From the human T2T-CHM13v2.0 reference genome, Homo sapiens: 64,000 bases of DNA. Every line of letters begins with the position of its first letter. Position 1 is the first letter of the stretch. Positions 12,902-29,335 of this stretch are shown here, in pieces. The DNA lies in assembly GCF_009914755.1 (NCBI RefSeq), contig NC_060929.1, one strand, 5' to 3'. The translations under genes and the position numbers were made by a program. Below the pieces are notes generated by a model. It saw only the letters and a program-made list of their open reading frames with translations, ran no database searches and was not told where the DNA came from.

Positions 12902-15562
12902 CACATGTATACACTGAAGTTAGCAAATGCTTTGCCTTTTGAAAGAATTCAGAGATTGATCTATATTCTTACATTGCAAGTGACAGAAAACGCAAAACTG
13001 GCTTAAACAAAAAAAGGGACTGAGTACATCTTCTAGTAAACTTTAGCTAAGACTTCATCCAGTGGCTCACATGAAAACATCAAGGACTTAATTTCTCTTA
13101 TTCATTCTGCTCCATTATTCCCCATGATTTGGTTTTATTCTTGGGCTAGCTTATCTTAATGGTGGTAAATTACTGTAGTACTTTCAGACTTCATATCCTC
13201 ATTTCACGTATAGTAAAATGAAAAATATTTTGTATTTGATTTTACAAGTATTTATTTAGTATCACCACTACTGAAACTTTCCCTAAACATCTATCCCTAA
13301 AAAGTTTATTATCTCTTCTATCATGCTTCAGCTTGACAATCTATATATCACACTCTATGGGTATTATTTTTCTGTCCCATGCATTACTCTACCTTGTCTT
13401 AATTATTGTATTCTTAATGTCTAAATGTCTGGAATACTGTCTGGCATAGTAGTGTATGATAACTGTTTATGGAATTAGTGAATGATTTTGTGCTTACTAC
13501 AGAAAGGAAGAAGCAAGTATATATAACATCTATTGAAATAGAGTTGAGGTACCCCTTGGGGATGGGAGATGTTTAGAAATTTAAGAACGCCTCATTCCTT
13601 CATCAGTTATTTTTGAATCCTGAATTATGTACATTGTACTCCTACCACTAAAGCATGTATATGATGCTCTTGCAGTTGTTATAATAGAGTATGAATTCGT
13701 TTGAAAGCGTTACTGAATTCTACTTGTGTTTTTGTCATTTTCTCAACAAAACCAAAACCAATTATTAATTGAACAAATATTTTTGAAGCCTGCTGTAGGC
13801 AGATAGTGTGGCAACATTGAGTGGGAACAAAACAGAGCCTGTGTTGTCTGAGCTTAAATTTTAGTGGGGGACATAGTCAATAAATATTATATATGTACAC
13901 ATACACACACACAAATAACATCAGGTAGTATATAGATCTTGAAATAGAATAAAATAGGTTCAGGGGACAGGGGATACTACTTTAGTTTGGTAAGAGAAGG
14001 GCTTTTTGAGAAGCCGTTTGTGCTAAGAGACCTGAGTGTTCATGAGTGAGGTGGCCTGTACCATTCTTGTCGAGATGTGAAATAGAATAAAATGAGGTGC
14101 CCATCATTTTTGGTTTTGGAAGAGTTTGTGTATAGTTGGAATGAATTCTTCCTTAAATATTTGTTATAACATGTCAGAGAAACCACCTGGGCTGGGAGTT
14201 TTCCTGTGGAAATGTTTTTTAAAATTTGGTATTTATTTGTACATATTTATGGGGTACATGTTATATTTTGATACGTGTATAAAATGTGTAATGATCAAGT
14301 CGGGGTATTTAGAGTACCTGTCATCTTGAGCGTTTATCATTTCTTTGTGTTGGGAGGAAAGGTTTTTAATTATTAATTCAATGTATTGTTTTTAAGCCTA
14401 TTCAAGTATTCTATCTTGTGATTATTTTTTATAATTTTTCCACTAAGAATTCTTTTATCTAAAATTTTAAATTTACTGGCATGAAATTGTTTATAATAAA
14501 TATTCTGTGGTCCTTTTAATGGCTGCAGGAAAAGATTCCCTTTTCATATCTGACGTAGGTTATTTGTACCTTTTCCTTTTCCTTATTAGTTTCACCAGAG
14601 ATCAGTAGTCTTTCCAGAGAACCGTATTTTGAATTTTGCTAGTCTGTTGTATGTTTATTTTCTGTTGCGTTAATTTCTGCTTCTTATTTCCTTCCCTCCT
14701 GCTTTTTGGGGTTCTTCGGTGAAGTTCTTGAATTTTCAGCATTTCTTGTTTTTAAATATGTTCATAAAGTTAAACATTCCCCTCTAAGCGCCATTTTAGC
14801 TAGTTCTATTACTAGTTTTGATACATAGTATTTTTTGGTACATAGTATTTTTATAATTCACTTAAGATGTTTTCAGATTTCTGTTATGATTTATACTTTG
14901 ACTTTTGGATTATTTGGAAGTATTATATTTTTATTTCTAAACATATGGAGATTTTCCAGTTATTTTGTTTTTAATTTGTAAAATTACAATGTAATCCAAG
15001 AACATACTCTGTTTCAAAGGCCTGTTATTTCAGACTTAAAATTTGAGATCTGTATATGGCCCAGTATATTGTCTTTTTTTTCCTCTCCATTTATTGAGTG
15101 CAGGTCTCTGTATTTTTTTTATTAGGTCATATTTGTTAATCCTGCATTTCAAATCTTAAGTATCGTAGGTGATCTTTTGTTTGCTCATCAGTTACTAAAA
15201 GTGTATGTTAAGATGCTCCATTATGATTGTGGATTTGAGTATTTCCCTTGTAGTTCTCTAATCTTTTATAAATTTGAGGCTATGCTATTAGATGCATAGA
15301 AATGTGTAATAGCTATATCTTCTCAGTGACTCAACATTATCAAGTTTCCTCTTTTATTCTGGTAGTACTTGCACATTAAAGTCTAGTTTGAGATGAATAT
15401 AACAACGCTAGCTTTCTCTTTATTATAGTTTGATCTTCTTTTACTAGTTATTCTAGAAATTGCTATCTATCTTATAAAATCTAATGTTAATCAATACCTT
15501 TATCCTATTCTCAGATGATGCACTTTAATTCTACTTACTTGCAGCCCTTCTCATATAGTTAT

Positions 15563-15855
15563 TTTTGTTTGTTTGTTTGTTGTTGTTGTTGTTTTGAGAC
15601 AGGGTCTCGCTGTGTTGCCCAGGCTGGAGTGCAGTAGCGTGATCTTGGCTCACTGCAACCTCTGCCTTCCAGGTTAAAGCAATTCTCGTGCCTCAGCCTC
15701 CTGAGTAGCTGGGATTACAGGCATGTGCCACTACGCCTGCCTAATTTTTTTGTACTTTGAGTAGATACGGGGTTTCACCATGTTTGCTAGGCTGGTCTTG
15801 AAGTCCCGGCCTCCCAGAATGCTGGGATTACAGGTATGAGCCACCGTGCCCAGCC
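15563..15855 (-). mobile_element. Alu
   Basis: Antisense Alu with (TTTG/TTG)n tail. Confidence 0.92.
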
Positions 15856-16450
15856 CCTACTCATACAGTTTTGTTGTGCATTTTAATTCATTCTTATTTT
15901 TTCTCTTTCTTCCTCATTATTGTTGTTGTTACTGTTTCATACTGCCAATATTTTATTTAAGTTAATGCATGTCTTTACCATCTTTTTACTTTTCGTATGA
16001 TCTTGCACTTAAGATTGCTTTCTTTGATTTTGAAGGATCTGAAACACACCCTTTAGAATGTCCTTTAGTCTGCTTGAAAATGTCTTTATTTTATCTCAGT
16101 CTTAAAGGATATTTTTGCTAGGTACAGAATTCTAGGTTAGCAGTGGTTACTTTATTTCAGCACATTTCATTGTTATTGAGACCTCAACTCTTTGTGTCTC
16201 AACTTTTAAGATAATGTGATTTTGTTTGGCTGCTTTTGAGATTTTTATCTTTGGCTTTGGCTTTCTGTTTTACTAAGCTGTGATTAGGCATCGGATTCTT
16301 TGGGCTGTGTGAATATATGGATTGGTGTCTTATCAGTCCTGGAAGTTTCTTAGCCATTATTTTTTCAAATATTGTCTTTGCTTCATATTCTGTCTCCTGT
16401 CATTTTGGGACTAGTTTAGTATGTTAGGCCTTCTTATCCTGTCTCTTACC

Positions 16451-16473
16451 TCTTTTCTTTTTCTTTTTCTTTT

Positions 16474-16509
<36 letters not shown>
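16451..16509. repeat. (CTTTTT)n plus T34 homopolymer
   Basis: Uninterrupted T run 16476-16509. Confidence 0.9.
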
Positions 16510-16512
<3 letters not shown>

Positions 16513-17706
16513 TCTTTTTGACCTCAAGGCATTGTTCTGGATATTGCTTCAGACTTATCTTCAAAGTTCACATTTTTTTTTTCACCTATGCCTAATCTGT
16601 TATTAACTCATTCAGTAAATACCTAATTTAGGTTATTTTTTAGTATAGAATTCTTATTTGGTTCTTTTCAAAACTGTATCACTTTTTACAGTTTTCAATT
16701 TTAAGCAAAAATATTTAAGTGTGGCCTTTATCCCCTTGAATGTAGTAAGCATAGTTATTTTTCAGTTTGTGTCTGATAATTCCAATGTTGGGAAGTCTCT
16801 AGGAAGCTGATTCAGTTGTGTTGTAGAAATAAATTGATGTATATAATGTAAGATGAAGTTAATCTTTCTCTAAAGAAGGTTTTCATTTGCTGTCACCAAG
16901 TGCCTGGGGGTGTGAGAACATCTTAATGAAATTTCAAATCTTTAACTTTCCTGGGCCACCTAGATGAGTTGAAACTGACTTCAGTCCATGGTTTCCTTCT
17001 GGTTCCTTCTTTATTTCTAGGTTGCAGCCCTTTAGGGTCTCAGCCGGAAGCCAATGCTGTTTTCACTGCAGTCCTCACCCTTGGTGGGTCTCAGACTCTG
17101 GCTTTGGTCCCCTGTGCCTGCAATGCAGGCAACAAACAACCAAGCTCAGCCTCTTAAATGCTTCTTTGTTGGCAAACTCACAAAAGGCAAAAGCTGAGGT
17201 CACCTTTCTGGGTTCCTGACTTCTAGTGGATTTGAGCTTCTTATTCATTCCTCGTTATTTTGCTGGTTATTTGGTGCTGTTAAGATCATTTTACTATCTT
17301 ATCTAGCTTTTTAAATTGTCTTTGTAAGGATACTTGGTCTGAATAACCTGGTCTGCTGTTTCTACGAGTGTAAGTCCAAATATTTCTTTGACTAACTTGT
17401 TCAGAAAGACTGGAAATTTCTTCATTAGCCATTCCTTTGTGTTAGGGCTCCTTTGATGGTGCAAATTAGATACCTGGAAAAGGTAGACTTTAAGCTATGG
17501 TTGCCTTTTAATTCCTTTAAAGTTAGGTTAGTTCCTAGGACTTTGCAAAGCCCTAAGGGAAGGAGACAGAGGATATTTTGTATGACCGGAGAAGCAAAAA
17601 ATACTTGTATGTGAGTAGTGCCTTAGGGTAGGAATTATGTAAGCAAATAGAATGTAATGTGAACATTTTTGAAGTGGGACTGTATGGAGGAGGGAGAATG
17701 TACTAA

Positions 17707-18414
<708 letters not shown>

Positions 18415-19687
18415 AATTTTCAATAAAAATTCTGGCAAATCTCTCTATGCCATGTAGGTGTCATGATTTTTATTTTTTATTTAATTTAAATTTTTTTTAC
18501 ATCTCAAGGACAAAATACGATTTCAAAAATCTTACCCACATCTATTTAAAATATAGGTACAATTTGCGTTTGAATTCTGAGATTAAATCTGTTGAATATG
18601 GAAGCCAAACAGATACATTAGAAATTCTTCTAGGCAAACTAAGCTATGGTAGTCTACATAAATTGGTGTTCTTCTGTGATGGAGGAGTGTTAAAAATTTA
18701 GTATAACATACCAATATATTTTTCCTGTATAGATACTTGATTTGATATTAGTCACAGCCATTAATATGAAATGCCATCCATTTCTTTGTGATTAAATTGA
18801 TGTGTCTATAAAGAACAAAACCAGCTCTGTTGTATGAAAACCTAGAATTCTTATGTGTTTACTGTTTACTTATTTTTTTCTCTTTGCTAGAAGAAAATAC
18901 TAAGTCAAAGATTCCTATTATAGTTCCTTCTCTTTCCTGCTATGTTAGATTCAAATAGCTTTTTGTTTTAGATTTGCTCACTTGCCTTTAAAAAACTGAA
19001 GGATAAAATGAGGTGGACAGAGAATTTTAGAACTGGAAGAGACCCTAAATATCATTAAGTCTCTCATGAACCCTCCCGTCCTACCCATCTCCTATTTTAA
19101 ACATGTGAAAACAGAGGCCCAAGGAAGATGGGTGACTTGACTTGCCTAAAAATATGAGGGAATTTCTCTCCAATAGCTTTTATATTCTCCATGAAGTAGG
19201 TCGTCAGCAAAGAGTGGCATAGGTAGAAAAATAGTTCTGTTACAGATTTGAGGAGACAAAAAAGACACTTAGAGTGTGGGAAGGCAAACTTTCCAGGAGA
19301 CATAGTAGCCCTGCTAGGCAGTATTGGATATCCTTTGATGTTTATAGTTGTGAATTTAAAGTGAAACCAGCTAGCTTTGTTAGCTGGTTTTCCCCCTTTC
19401 CTCTATAATAAGCTGCTCTGGTACAGGCACGTAAAAGTGGAATGGAATTGTTCAGCTAGAGTTGAGATTTTACCAGGTAACAGAGGGAGAGAAGAGTAAG
19501 GGGTTTGAGAGTTTGAAAGAGACTGGTTATTGTTGCATCTAAAGAGAACAGTGTAAAGATGAAAGTAACGGATGGTGAAAAATGATGAGAGCATTTTTGA
19601 TTGGATTGGAGAACACAGTAAGTAAGGTGAGGGAATGTTGAATTTGGAGATAGTATAATGAACTAGAGGGGCAGGAGATACATTTTA

Positions 19688-20010
<323 letters not shown>

Positions 20011-20346
20011 AAGACTGAAAATTTGATTTTTGAGATTTTTGGTTAAGAATTTGGAGATGACGCAGTTATTGATGATGACAAGGTCCTGCGTGGATCATGG
20101 AAGTTGGTATTTGGAGGTGAAGAAGTTAAGGAGCTAAGAAGCCAGAGTGTTAGGTGGGTAATCCACGTAGACTTTGAAGTCACTGAGAGTGATGGTGGGG
20201 GTAAGAGTGGAGAAGAGTGCTAGAGGCAATAGAGGGTACACAGTTGGGTATCATGTCAGAAGATCTTGGGTGTTTAAGAAAGGAGGAGAAATGGTTTGGC
20301 AGTGATAATTGGATGCAAGGAGCATATCTTTTGCCTCCCTCTACAC

Positions 20347-20560
20347 CAGGCTTGTCCAGTCTTTTGGCTTCCTTGGGCCTCGTTGGCAAATTTTATGTCT
20401 TGGGCCACACATAAAATACACTAACACTAACAATAGCTGATGAGCTTGAAAAAAAATTGCAGGAAAAAAAAATCTCCTAATGTTTTAAGAAAGTTTACGA
20501 ATTTGTGTTGGGCTGCATTCAAAGCCATCCTGGGCCATGCAGCCCTGGGGACAAATTTGC
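20347..20560 (+). mobile_element. MER30 hAT-Charlie element
   Basis: TCTTGGGCCACACATAAAATACACTAACACTAACAATAGCTGATGAGCT...GGGCTGCATTCAAAGCC. Confidence 0.85.
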
Positions 20561-20852
20561 TCTAGACCCTTCAGTATCCTATTCCTATCTCCTGGCCTAA
20601 AGTACATAGGATGTGAGAGGAAAAAAAGACCCCCCCATTGAGAAAGCTGCACAGAAAGTGGTGTCATCTGATTTCAACTAAGATAAATCGGTGAAGATGA
20701 CATTTATTGAAGAGTTTGAAGTTACAGGGGAGTTCGTTGATTAATTTATTGTACATTCATCTATTGTATTTTAGTACAGTAGTACTAAAGTAATACACTG
20801 TTCGGTTTTGTGAGTTACATAAATTTCCATACTATTATGGCATTTTAAACAC

Positions 20853-22095
<1,243 letters not shown>

Positions 22096-23549
22096 CTGTG
22101 CTAAACCTGTTGTGGTATTCAGGTTTTCTTTTGTGGGAGGGGAAAACATGAAGAGAATAGTAGTTCAAAAATTTAAACATCTGTCATGGTCCCATAGGAA
22201 TAATGTGTTGACCGGAATGATGATGTCCCAGCCCTGCCCACAAAAAACCATTTAATTTATATGCTGTATTAACTGCCATTACTACCATGTGTAACATTGA
22301 ATAATGCTATTTCTAGAGGAAAATGAATTCAAAGTTTGAAATTGGGATGTCAGGAACATTTCATCTCCTTTTATTGCTCTAGTATAAGAGTTTTCTTCCT
22401 TACCTTACCATTACTGCCCCCACTGCTACTCTTTGCCAAGCAATTAAAGTGGAAATTCCCTGCTTCTAAGCTACTGGGAGGGCTCTAATTTTGGGGGGGT
22501 CCAGGGTTTAATGATTAGAAATGAGAACAAAATTCAGATGAAAAAAAGAGCAGAGTTTCAGGAAGTCAGAGGATGAGGAGCTATCTGGGGAATAGTCTGA
22601 TCTTTTAACGGCTCCCTTTCCCTAATCCTAAAGCAAGCACAAAATATTTTTAGAGCTTTATGATCTCTTATTGTTAGTAAAGATGAAAAAATAAATCAGA
22701 AGTGAGCAGGCTATCCTATGCTTGTTATTTTTTCACATGTATTTTTAACAGTATACATACTCTTCATCCACTCAACAAATAATTAATTGCTACTAGATAC
22801 CTGGGACAGTGCTTGTATAGTTATGAAGAAGAAAAAGCTTGTTGTTCAGAAGCTCATAGTCTAATGGAGAGAAATAGATATTAGTTGAGTTGGTACTTTG
22901 GGAGCATGGAGAAAAAAGCACCTGGCTGCTTAGGATAGGTATAGACAGCTTCACAGAATTGGGCCTTGAAGTATGAGAGGTAGTTCATTCATATTCTGCA
23001 GCTATTTGGGTACCTACTTTGGACCAGGCGCAATACTAGAATACATTTGAGAATACAATTATGACATACAAGAGTCTTGTCCTCAAACAGCTTTTAGTGA
23101 GAAAGAGCAATATATACATAATCCCAAGTGTGTGGTAAATGAGATAGTTGGTAAGCACAGGGATCTATGCAAGCATTGGGGTGGGGGTGGGGGCAGATCT
23201 TACTCTGGAAGGAGGACTTAGGGAAGGCTTTTGGGAGAGGTCATCTAAATTGGGTCCTGTAAAATGGGTCCACATTATCTAGGTGAAAAAGCAGATTTAA
23301 GAACCTTCCAGTAAATGAAATGGTATAGTGATTTGGTGGTGAGTGCACAGAATTCCAAATGGTTGGAGTGTAGCTAGAGTAGGTGAGTGGCGGTGGGTAA
23401 GGATGGAGGAGTGTGAAGAGCCAAGGCCATAAAGGACCTTACATATAGTGCTAATGAGCTTAGACTTTTACTTTGTCACTGTTTGGGTGCTTTGAAAGGC
23501 AGAAAATACTAATCTTGAAGGGTCTTTCTAACAGCTGGCAATTAACAGA

Positions 23550-23845
23550 TTTTTATTTTATTTTTTTTTATTTTGAGACAGAGCTTGCTCTGTCACCCCA
23601 GGCTGAAGTGCAGTGGCACAGTCTTGGCTCACCGCAACCTCTGCCTCCTGGATTCAAGCCATTCTCGTGGCCTAGCCTCCCCAGTTACAGACACGTGCCA
23701 CCACACCCAGCTAATTTGTATTTTTAGTAGAGACAGAGTTTCACTATGTTGGCCAGGCTGTTCTCAAACTACTGACCTCAGGTGGTCCACCTGCCTTGGT
23801 CCCCAAAAGTGCTAGGATTACAGGCGTGAGCCACTGCACCCAACC
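23550..23845 (-). mobile_element. Alu (AluS)
   Basis: Antisense Alu dimer. Confidence 0.92.
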
Positions 23846-24013
23846 AGATTATTTCCTGTAAGTATAACTTACAGCAATTTTTTTAAAGGTATTCCAGGCA
23901 GTTGTTAAAGATTTAAACAGTAAGAGAGTGCCACTCGGTTCTGTTCCCCAGAGGAAGTCACTGTTGTTTCTTGAGTGTTCAAGCAGCATATTCTTAATAT
24001 CAGAATAGTGTTA

Positions 24014-24338
<325 letters not shown>

Positions 24339-24526
24339 CCCAAAGCACCACATATCAAAAAAATTCCTTTACTATGGAATTCCCAAGTATTTTGTTGAGA
24401 AAATCTAAGTATTTGAATTAAATAGCAGACCTTCTTCAGAAAAAGATTAGGAAAAAGCCCTTACCGTAGTATATGAGGTACAGACTGGTTCAGGATCAAG
24501 ATCCTTATTAATAGCCTGTGTCTATT

Positions 24527-25278
24527 TGAAATGGGAGAGTTCCCTGACCCCTGTTGCAGGATGTGCAACAGGGGAGTGGCTCATCTGTTCAGGCCACCGT
24601 CCATGCTCAAACCCCTTATGGGAGGGGGAGCACACAGACGGGCAGGTGCAGAAGCCGGGGCAAGTGCCCCTGGGCTCCGGCCCCCTGGCAGCATCCAGGG
24701 GTGGGAGCCTGCAGCTCCTGAAGCCCAAGTGGGCATGTGTTACAGTGAGCCCCTTTAGCCTTGCAGACGACTTAAGTGTTAACCAGCTAAGTACCCTCCT
24801 GGTACCCAGGTCCTTGTCTGGCATCCAGGAAGATTCAGGTTGTACACGGACTTGAAGGATGAATGCATGGGTTTTATCGAGTTGTGGAGGTGGCTCTCAG
24901 TGAGATGGATGGGGAGCTGGAAGGGGGATGGAGTGGGAAGATGATCTTCCCCTGGAGTTTGGCTATCCAGTAGGCAATTTCCTCTCTGACCATCCCCAGC
25001 CAAACTCCTCTCGGCGTTCAAACATTCCTTTTCTTTTCTCTGCTGTGCTGTTTTGCTGTTCTTCTGCTTCTCCATTTGTCTCCTTGTGGAGCAGGGGGTT
25101 TGGGGTTTTTAATGGGCACAGGATAAGGGGACATGGCAGACCAGAAGGCATCTTTTGGGTGCAAAAAAAGGAATGCCTCTTCCTATTTAGGGCTGCAGGT
25201 TTCCAGGCTTGGAGGTGGGGCCTTTGCTGGAGAGCTACCCTCCTCTACCCAGTATTTCCCTGTTTCCTGTCCGTATCA
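24527..25278 (-). mobile_element. ERV1 solo LTR (LTR1/LTR27/LTR28 group), antisense to APC
   Basis: TG...CA termini, 4-bp TSD TATT/TGTT. The minus strand begins TGATACGGACAGGAAACAGGGAAATACTGGGTAGAGG and carries TATA-like CCCATTAAAAACCCC. Subfamily from recall. Confidence 0.8.
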
Positions 25279-25609
25279 TGTTGAGAGGGTATTTGAATGT
25301 GGAATGAAATTTATTCCAATTCTTAAACCTTTCTGCTTGTATAAAAGGTGTATGACACTTAAGATAATTCACCTGACCTTGGAGTACTTGGGAGGGAAAG
25401 TTTAAAAAGACTTATAAAGTAAATATGAAGTTTCAGTTTTAAAACATTGATCTATTTTGAAAAAGGGAATTACATTTATTAGATTGTCCTGATTTTCTTT
25501 TCTCTCTTCTCTCTGAGAACATAATATTAAATAGGCATTATGAACGCCTTTATTAGGTGACTCATTCTCCTAATGCTTAAAATGAGTCTATAATATATAT
25601 TAGATACTA

Positions 25610-25687
25610 TTAGGTTGGTGCAAAAATAATTGCGGTTTTTGCCATTGAAAGTAATGGTAAAAACGCAATTACTTTTGCACCAACCTA
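25610..25687. mobile_element. MADE1 (Hsmar1-derived MITE), near-perfect palindrome
   Basis: TTAGGTTGGTGCAAAAATAATTGCGGTTTTTGCCATT GAAAGT AATGGTAAAAACGCAATTACTTTTGCACCAACCTA, preceded by TA. Confidence 0.95.
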
Positions 25688-26574
25688 CTCTTAGGGGTAG
25701 TCAGGTGATCAAGAGGTTTCCAATTTGATTGACATAGTCCAGTAATGCTAGATAGATTTTTTTTTTTTCATTTTACTTAATAGTAAGTTGGGACCCTTGC
25801 AAACACTTATCTTCGGACATTCAGAGTGAAATAATTTTATAGTCTATACTTTTAAAAAATTCAGCATGTAGCAAGACCAAGGAAAGACTTTCAAAAAGGA
25901 AGAAAATGGTATAGCATTAGGCAATGCCATCTGCAGTTATTAAATATGATATTTTAAAAGCTTATATTTTCTCTTTCAAGGTAAGAATTTGGTAATATTG
26001 GTATAAGAACAAAAGTCTTTTGACCCAAGGCTTTGGTTTCAAGTTCTAAATGCCATTACTATGCCCTATATTTATTCTTTCATAAACACCCAATTTTGTT
26101 TTTAACATCAGTATTGAGATTTTTCTTATCAATTATGATATATTTTCAGGGCTGATTTGTGTGTTATAAACTGATTTATCAGGTAATCTGGGCATTTTAG
26201 GACATCTTAAATATTAAATAAATGATCATTTTGATCTTGTTTTCTTGGGAAAAAGACTTTAAAAAAATCATCCTATGTGCTACTCTTTCTTGAATCCACA
26301 TGCATAAGCATTTGGTGCTGTTTTGGTAACCTTCAGTCACTAAGCTTCTCAGTGGTAAAATGATATCTTTATGAATACAGTTTGTATTGTAAAATTGTAC
26401 TTTTGGGGGCGGTCTTATAGCTGTTTTAGGTTTTAAGTAGAGGTCAAAGTATTAAAAAAAATTGAAGAAGACATACTTAAATATACAGGCAAGCATAAAA
26501 CCTTGTTTTAAACATTTAACTTAAAAAAAAAAATCAGAATTTTATCCCTCCATAGGAAAGGATAGTTTAAAATG

Positions 26575-27116
<542 letters not shown>

Positions 27117-27739
27117 TAGGACATGTTAAGAATTTAGAAAAATAAAGTTCTTACGCACAGTTTTTTCTAAATCTTTTGTTAATTGGGTAAAATGGTTGCC
27201 AGAGGTGATTGTGTTTTTTTTTGTTTTGTCAACATCATAGAATTTATAAACTTTTTTATAAAGAGTATGACTTAGTTTTTTTTTTTCCTGCAATCATATT
27301 TTCCAGTTGAAAAAGCTTTTGGCCATTACATTCAGCTATAAATTAGTAACAGTGTGCATATGATTTCTGATTATTTTTCCTCTTGAGCCAGAACTAGAAA
27401 CTGGTCCTGTAATATCTGTGGATCTTGTTCTAATTATATATCCCTTTTTATTTGAAATACTTAGTATTTTCATTGCCTATATGGTGAATTCTGAGTTTTT
27501 TAACCTAACACACAATATTGAAATCTCTGCCCTGAAAAATTCCTAAACATCCTTGAAGTCTAGTTCTGTTACTACTTTCTCTCTGAAATCTTTTTTGATT
27601 ACCTAGCTGGAAACGATCTAATCTCCCATTCTTTAACAGTACATTCCCTTGTATTAAAACTTCTTCTGTAAATGTCTTAGTCCTCTTCTAGATTATAAAT
27701 TCTCTTACTCATTATTGTATCATCTACATTCATACATTG

Positions 27740-28225
27740 AACAAAAAGCACCAAGCACTGTTATAGATGCGAGGGAAAGAGCAGTGCAGGAGAATCTTGG
27801 TTCTTGTCTTCATGGGATTTATATTCCACTTTGGAAAACAATGATGAGAGAGACAGAAAATTAAATAAATACATAGATAGAGCTTTTCAGATCTCAAATG
27901 CTTAGAATGTGAAACTCCATCATGTGGTAGAAAGTGTGAGGATAGCACCAGTGCGTTGATAAGGTGATCATGGAAGGTGTGATCTTTGAAAATTTGACAT
28001 TTTTGCCAAAACCTGAATGACATGAAGGACTAGTCATTTGAAGATTTGGAAGCAGAATTTTTGAGGCTGAACGAAAGGTAGTTCTAAGGCATAAGAAAGA
28101 GGTAGGTGAGGAAGGACAGGAGAAGTGATAAGAATCAGATCTAGATTATGCAGAGTTGTAAACCAAGGTAAAGAATTTAAAATTTATTCTGATTACACTG
28201 GGAAGCCAATGAACAGTTTGAAGTT
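27740..28225. mobile_element. L2 fragment
   Basis: Purine-rich L2-like sequence (AACCTGAATGACATGAAGGA, GGGAAGCCAATGAACAGTTT). Confidence 0.55.
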
Positions 28226-29149
28226 TTTAAGGGCTCATGTCATTACATTGGGTCTACCCAGGATAATCTCATGATTTTAAGGTCAGCTAACTAATAAACT
28301 TAATTTTATCTGCCAAGTTCCTTTTACCATATAATGTAGTATATTCACTAGAGTAACACCAGAGGGCAAGTCTTCAGGGCCTAAATGCTGCCACATTTTG
28401 CATGCATAAGTTTTATTTAATCTAATATATATTTAGTATCTTACAAGGGCAGTGAAACAGAACTAACTTAGGGTAGCTGAGTTGTTGAGTCATCACAGTT
28501 TTTCTGATTTATTTTGCCTTTACTAATATGCCCACTCCTTGGCATTACCTCTTATTTGCTAATGCCCATACGATAACCCCAAACTCTGTTTCTCTTTAGT
28601 TATTTAACTAAATTAACATAAAGATGTCTCCTGCATTTAAAGAAATTTTGTTCCAGATATTTTCCAGAGAGATCTGTATTTTCTCATGGATAAAAATTTA
28701 TGGGTGGATTCATTGTAGATTCTAAAAGGACATTTTCAAATCTGTTTGAGTTTTCTTATTTTTACCTATTCTGATTATAATAAATCCATTCATTCAATAA
28801 ATATTTATCAAGTACCTACTGCTGCAGAGCCAGCTACTATATAGTAAGCATCAGAATGATAACAGTTGAACAAGTAACTTTTTATGAGGGATGAGGCTTG
28901 AAAAAGTACAAGCTGCTCTGAAAGGTACCTTAGTGAAGGAAATTGCTGCTGAGACATGGAGGATGAGGCAATATAGTCAGCATTGGCTTTGAAGGCGGAC
29001 TGCCATTTCACTGTTGGGTGAATTTGGATACTTTTTAAAATTTCTTTGAGCCTCAATTTTCCATGCATGTGAATAGTGATACCTTTATCTCTATAGAAGT
29101 TTTGTTAGATTGAATATATGAAAATGCCTAACGTAATGTTTGCCACTGG

Positions 29150-29335
29150 TTTAGAAGCATATTTATCATGAAACTGATGAAGTTTAGTGAACCTAATTGC
29201 ATGGCCCTTTCTAAGGCCCTTGCAGGAGCAGCCCTAGCAATCTTGAATTAATTTGTGTTTTTCTTAAGGACCCTCCCACCCAGCTGCCCCTTTATTATAG
29301 GCTGCTGGTCACCACAAAATCTGAATCTGCCTTTG
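29150..29335 (+). mobile_element. hAT-Tip100-type fragment (same family as 1-190)
   Basis: ATTTATCATGAAACTGATGAAG...GGCCCTTTCTAAGGCCCT...GCCCTAGCAAT...CCACAAAATCTGAATCTGCC. Confidence 0.5.

Larger units (their letters stand above)
14080..17370 (-). mobile_element. Old L1M (LINE-1) fragments
   Basis: Long T-rich, CpG-poor tract with antisense L1 motifs (e.g. GGATATTTTTGCTAGGTACAGAATTCTAGGTT). No intact ORF. Confidence 0.7.

Noticed and set aside
24522-25405. Cluster of ORFs on both strands
   Set aside because: Largely within a GC-rich solo LTR, which is non-coding.
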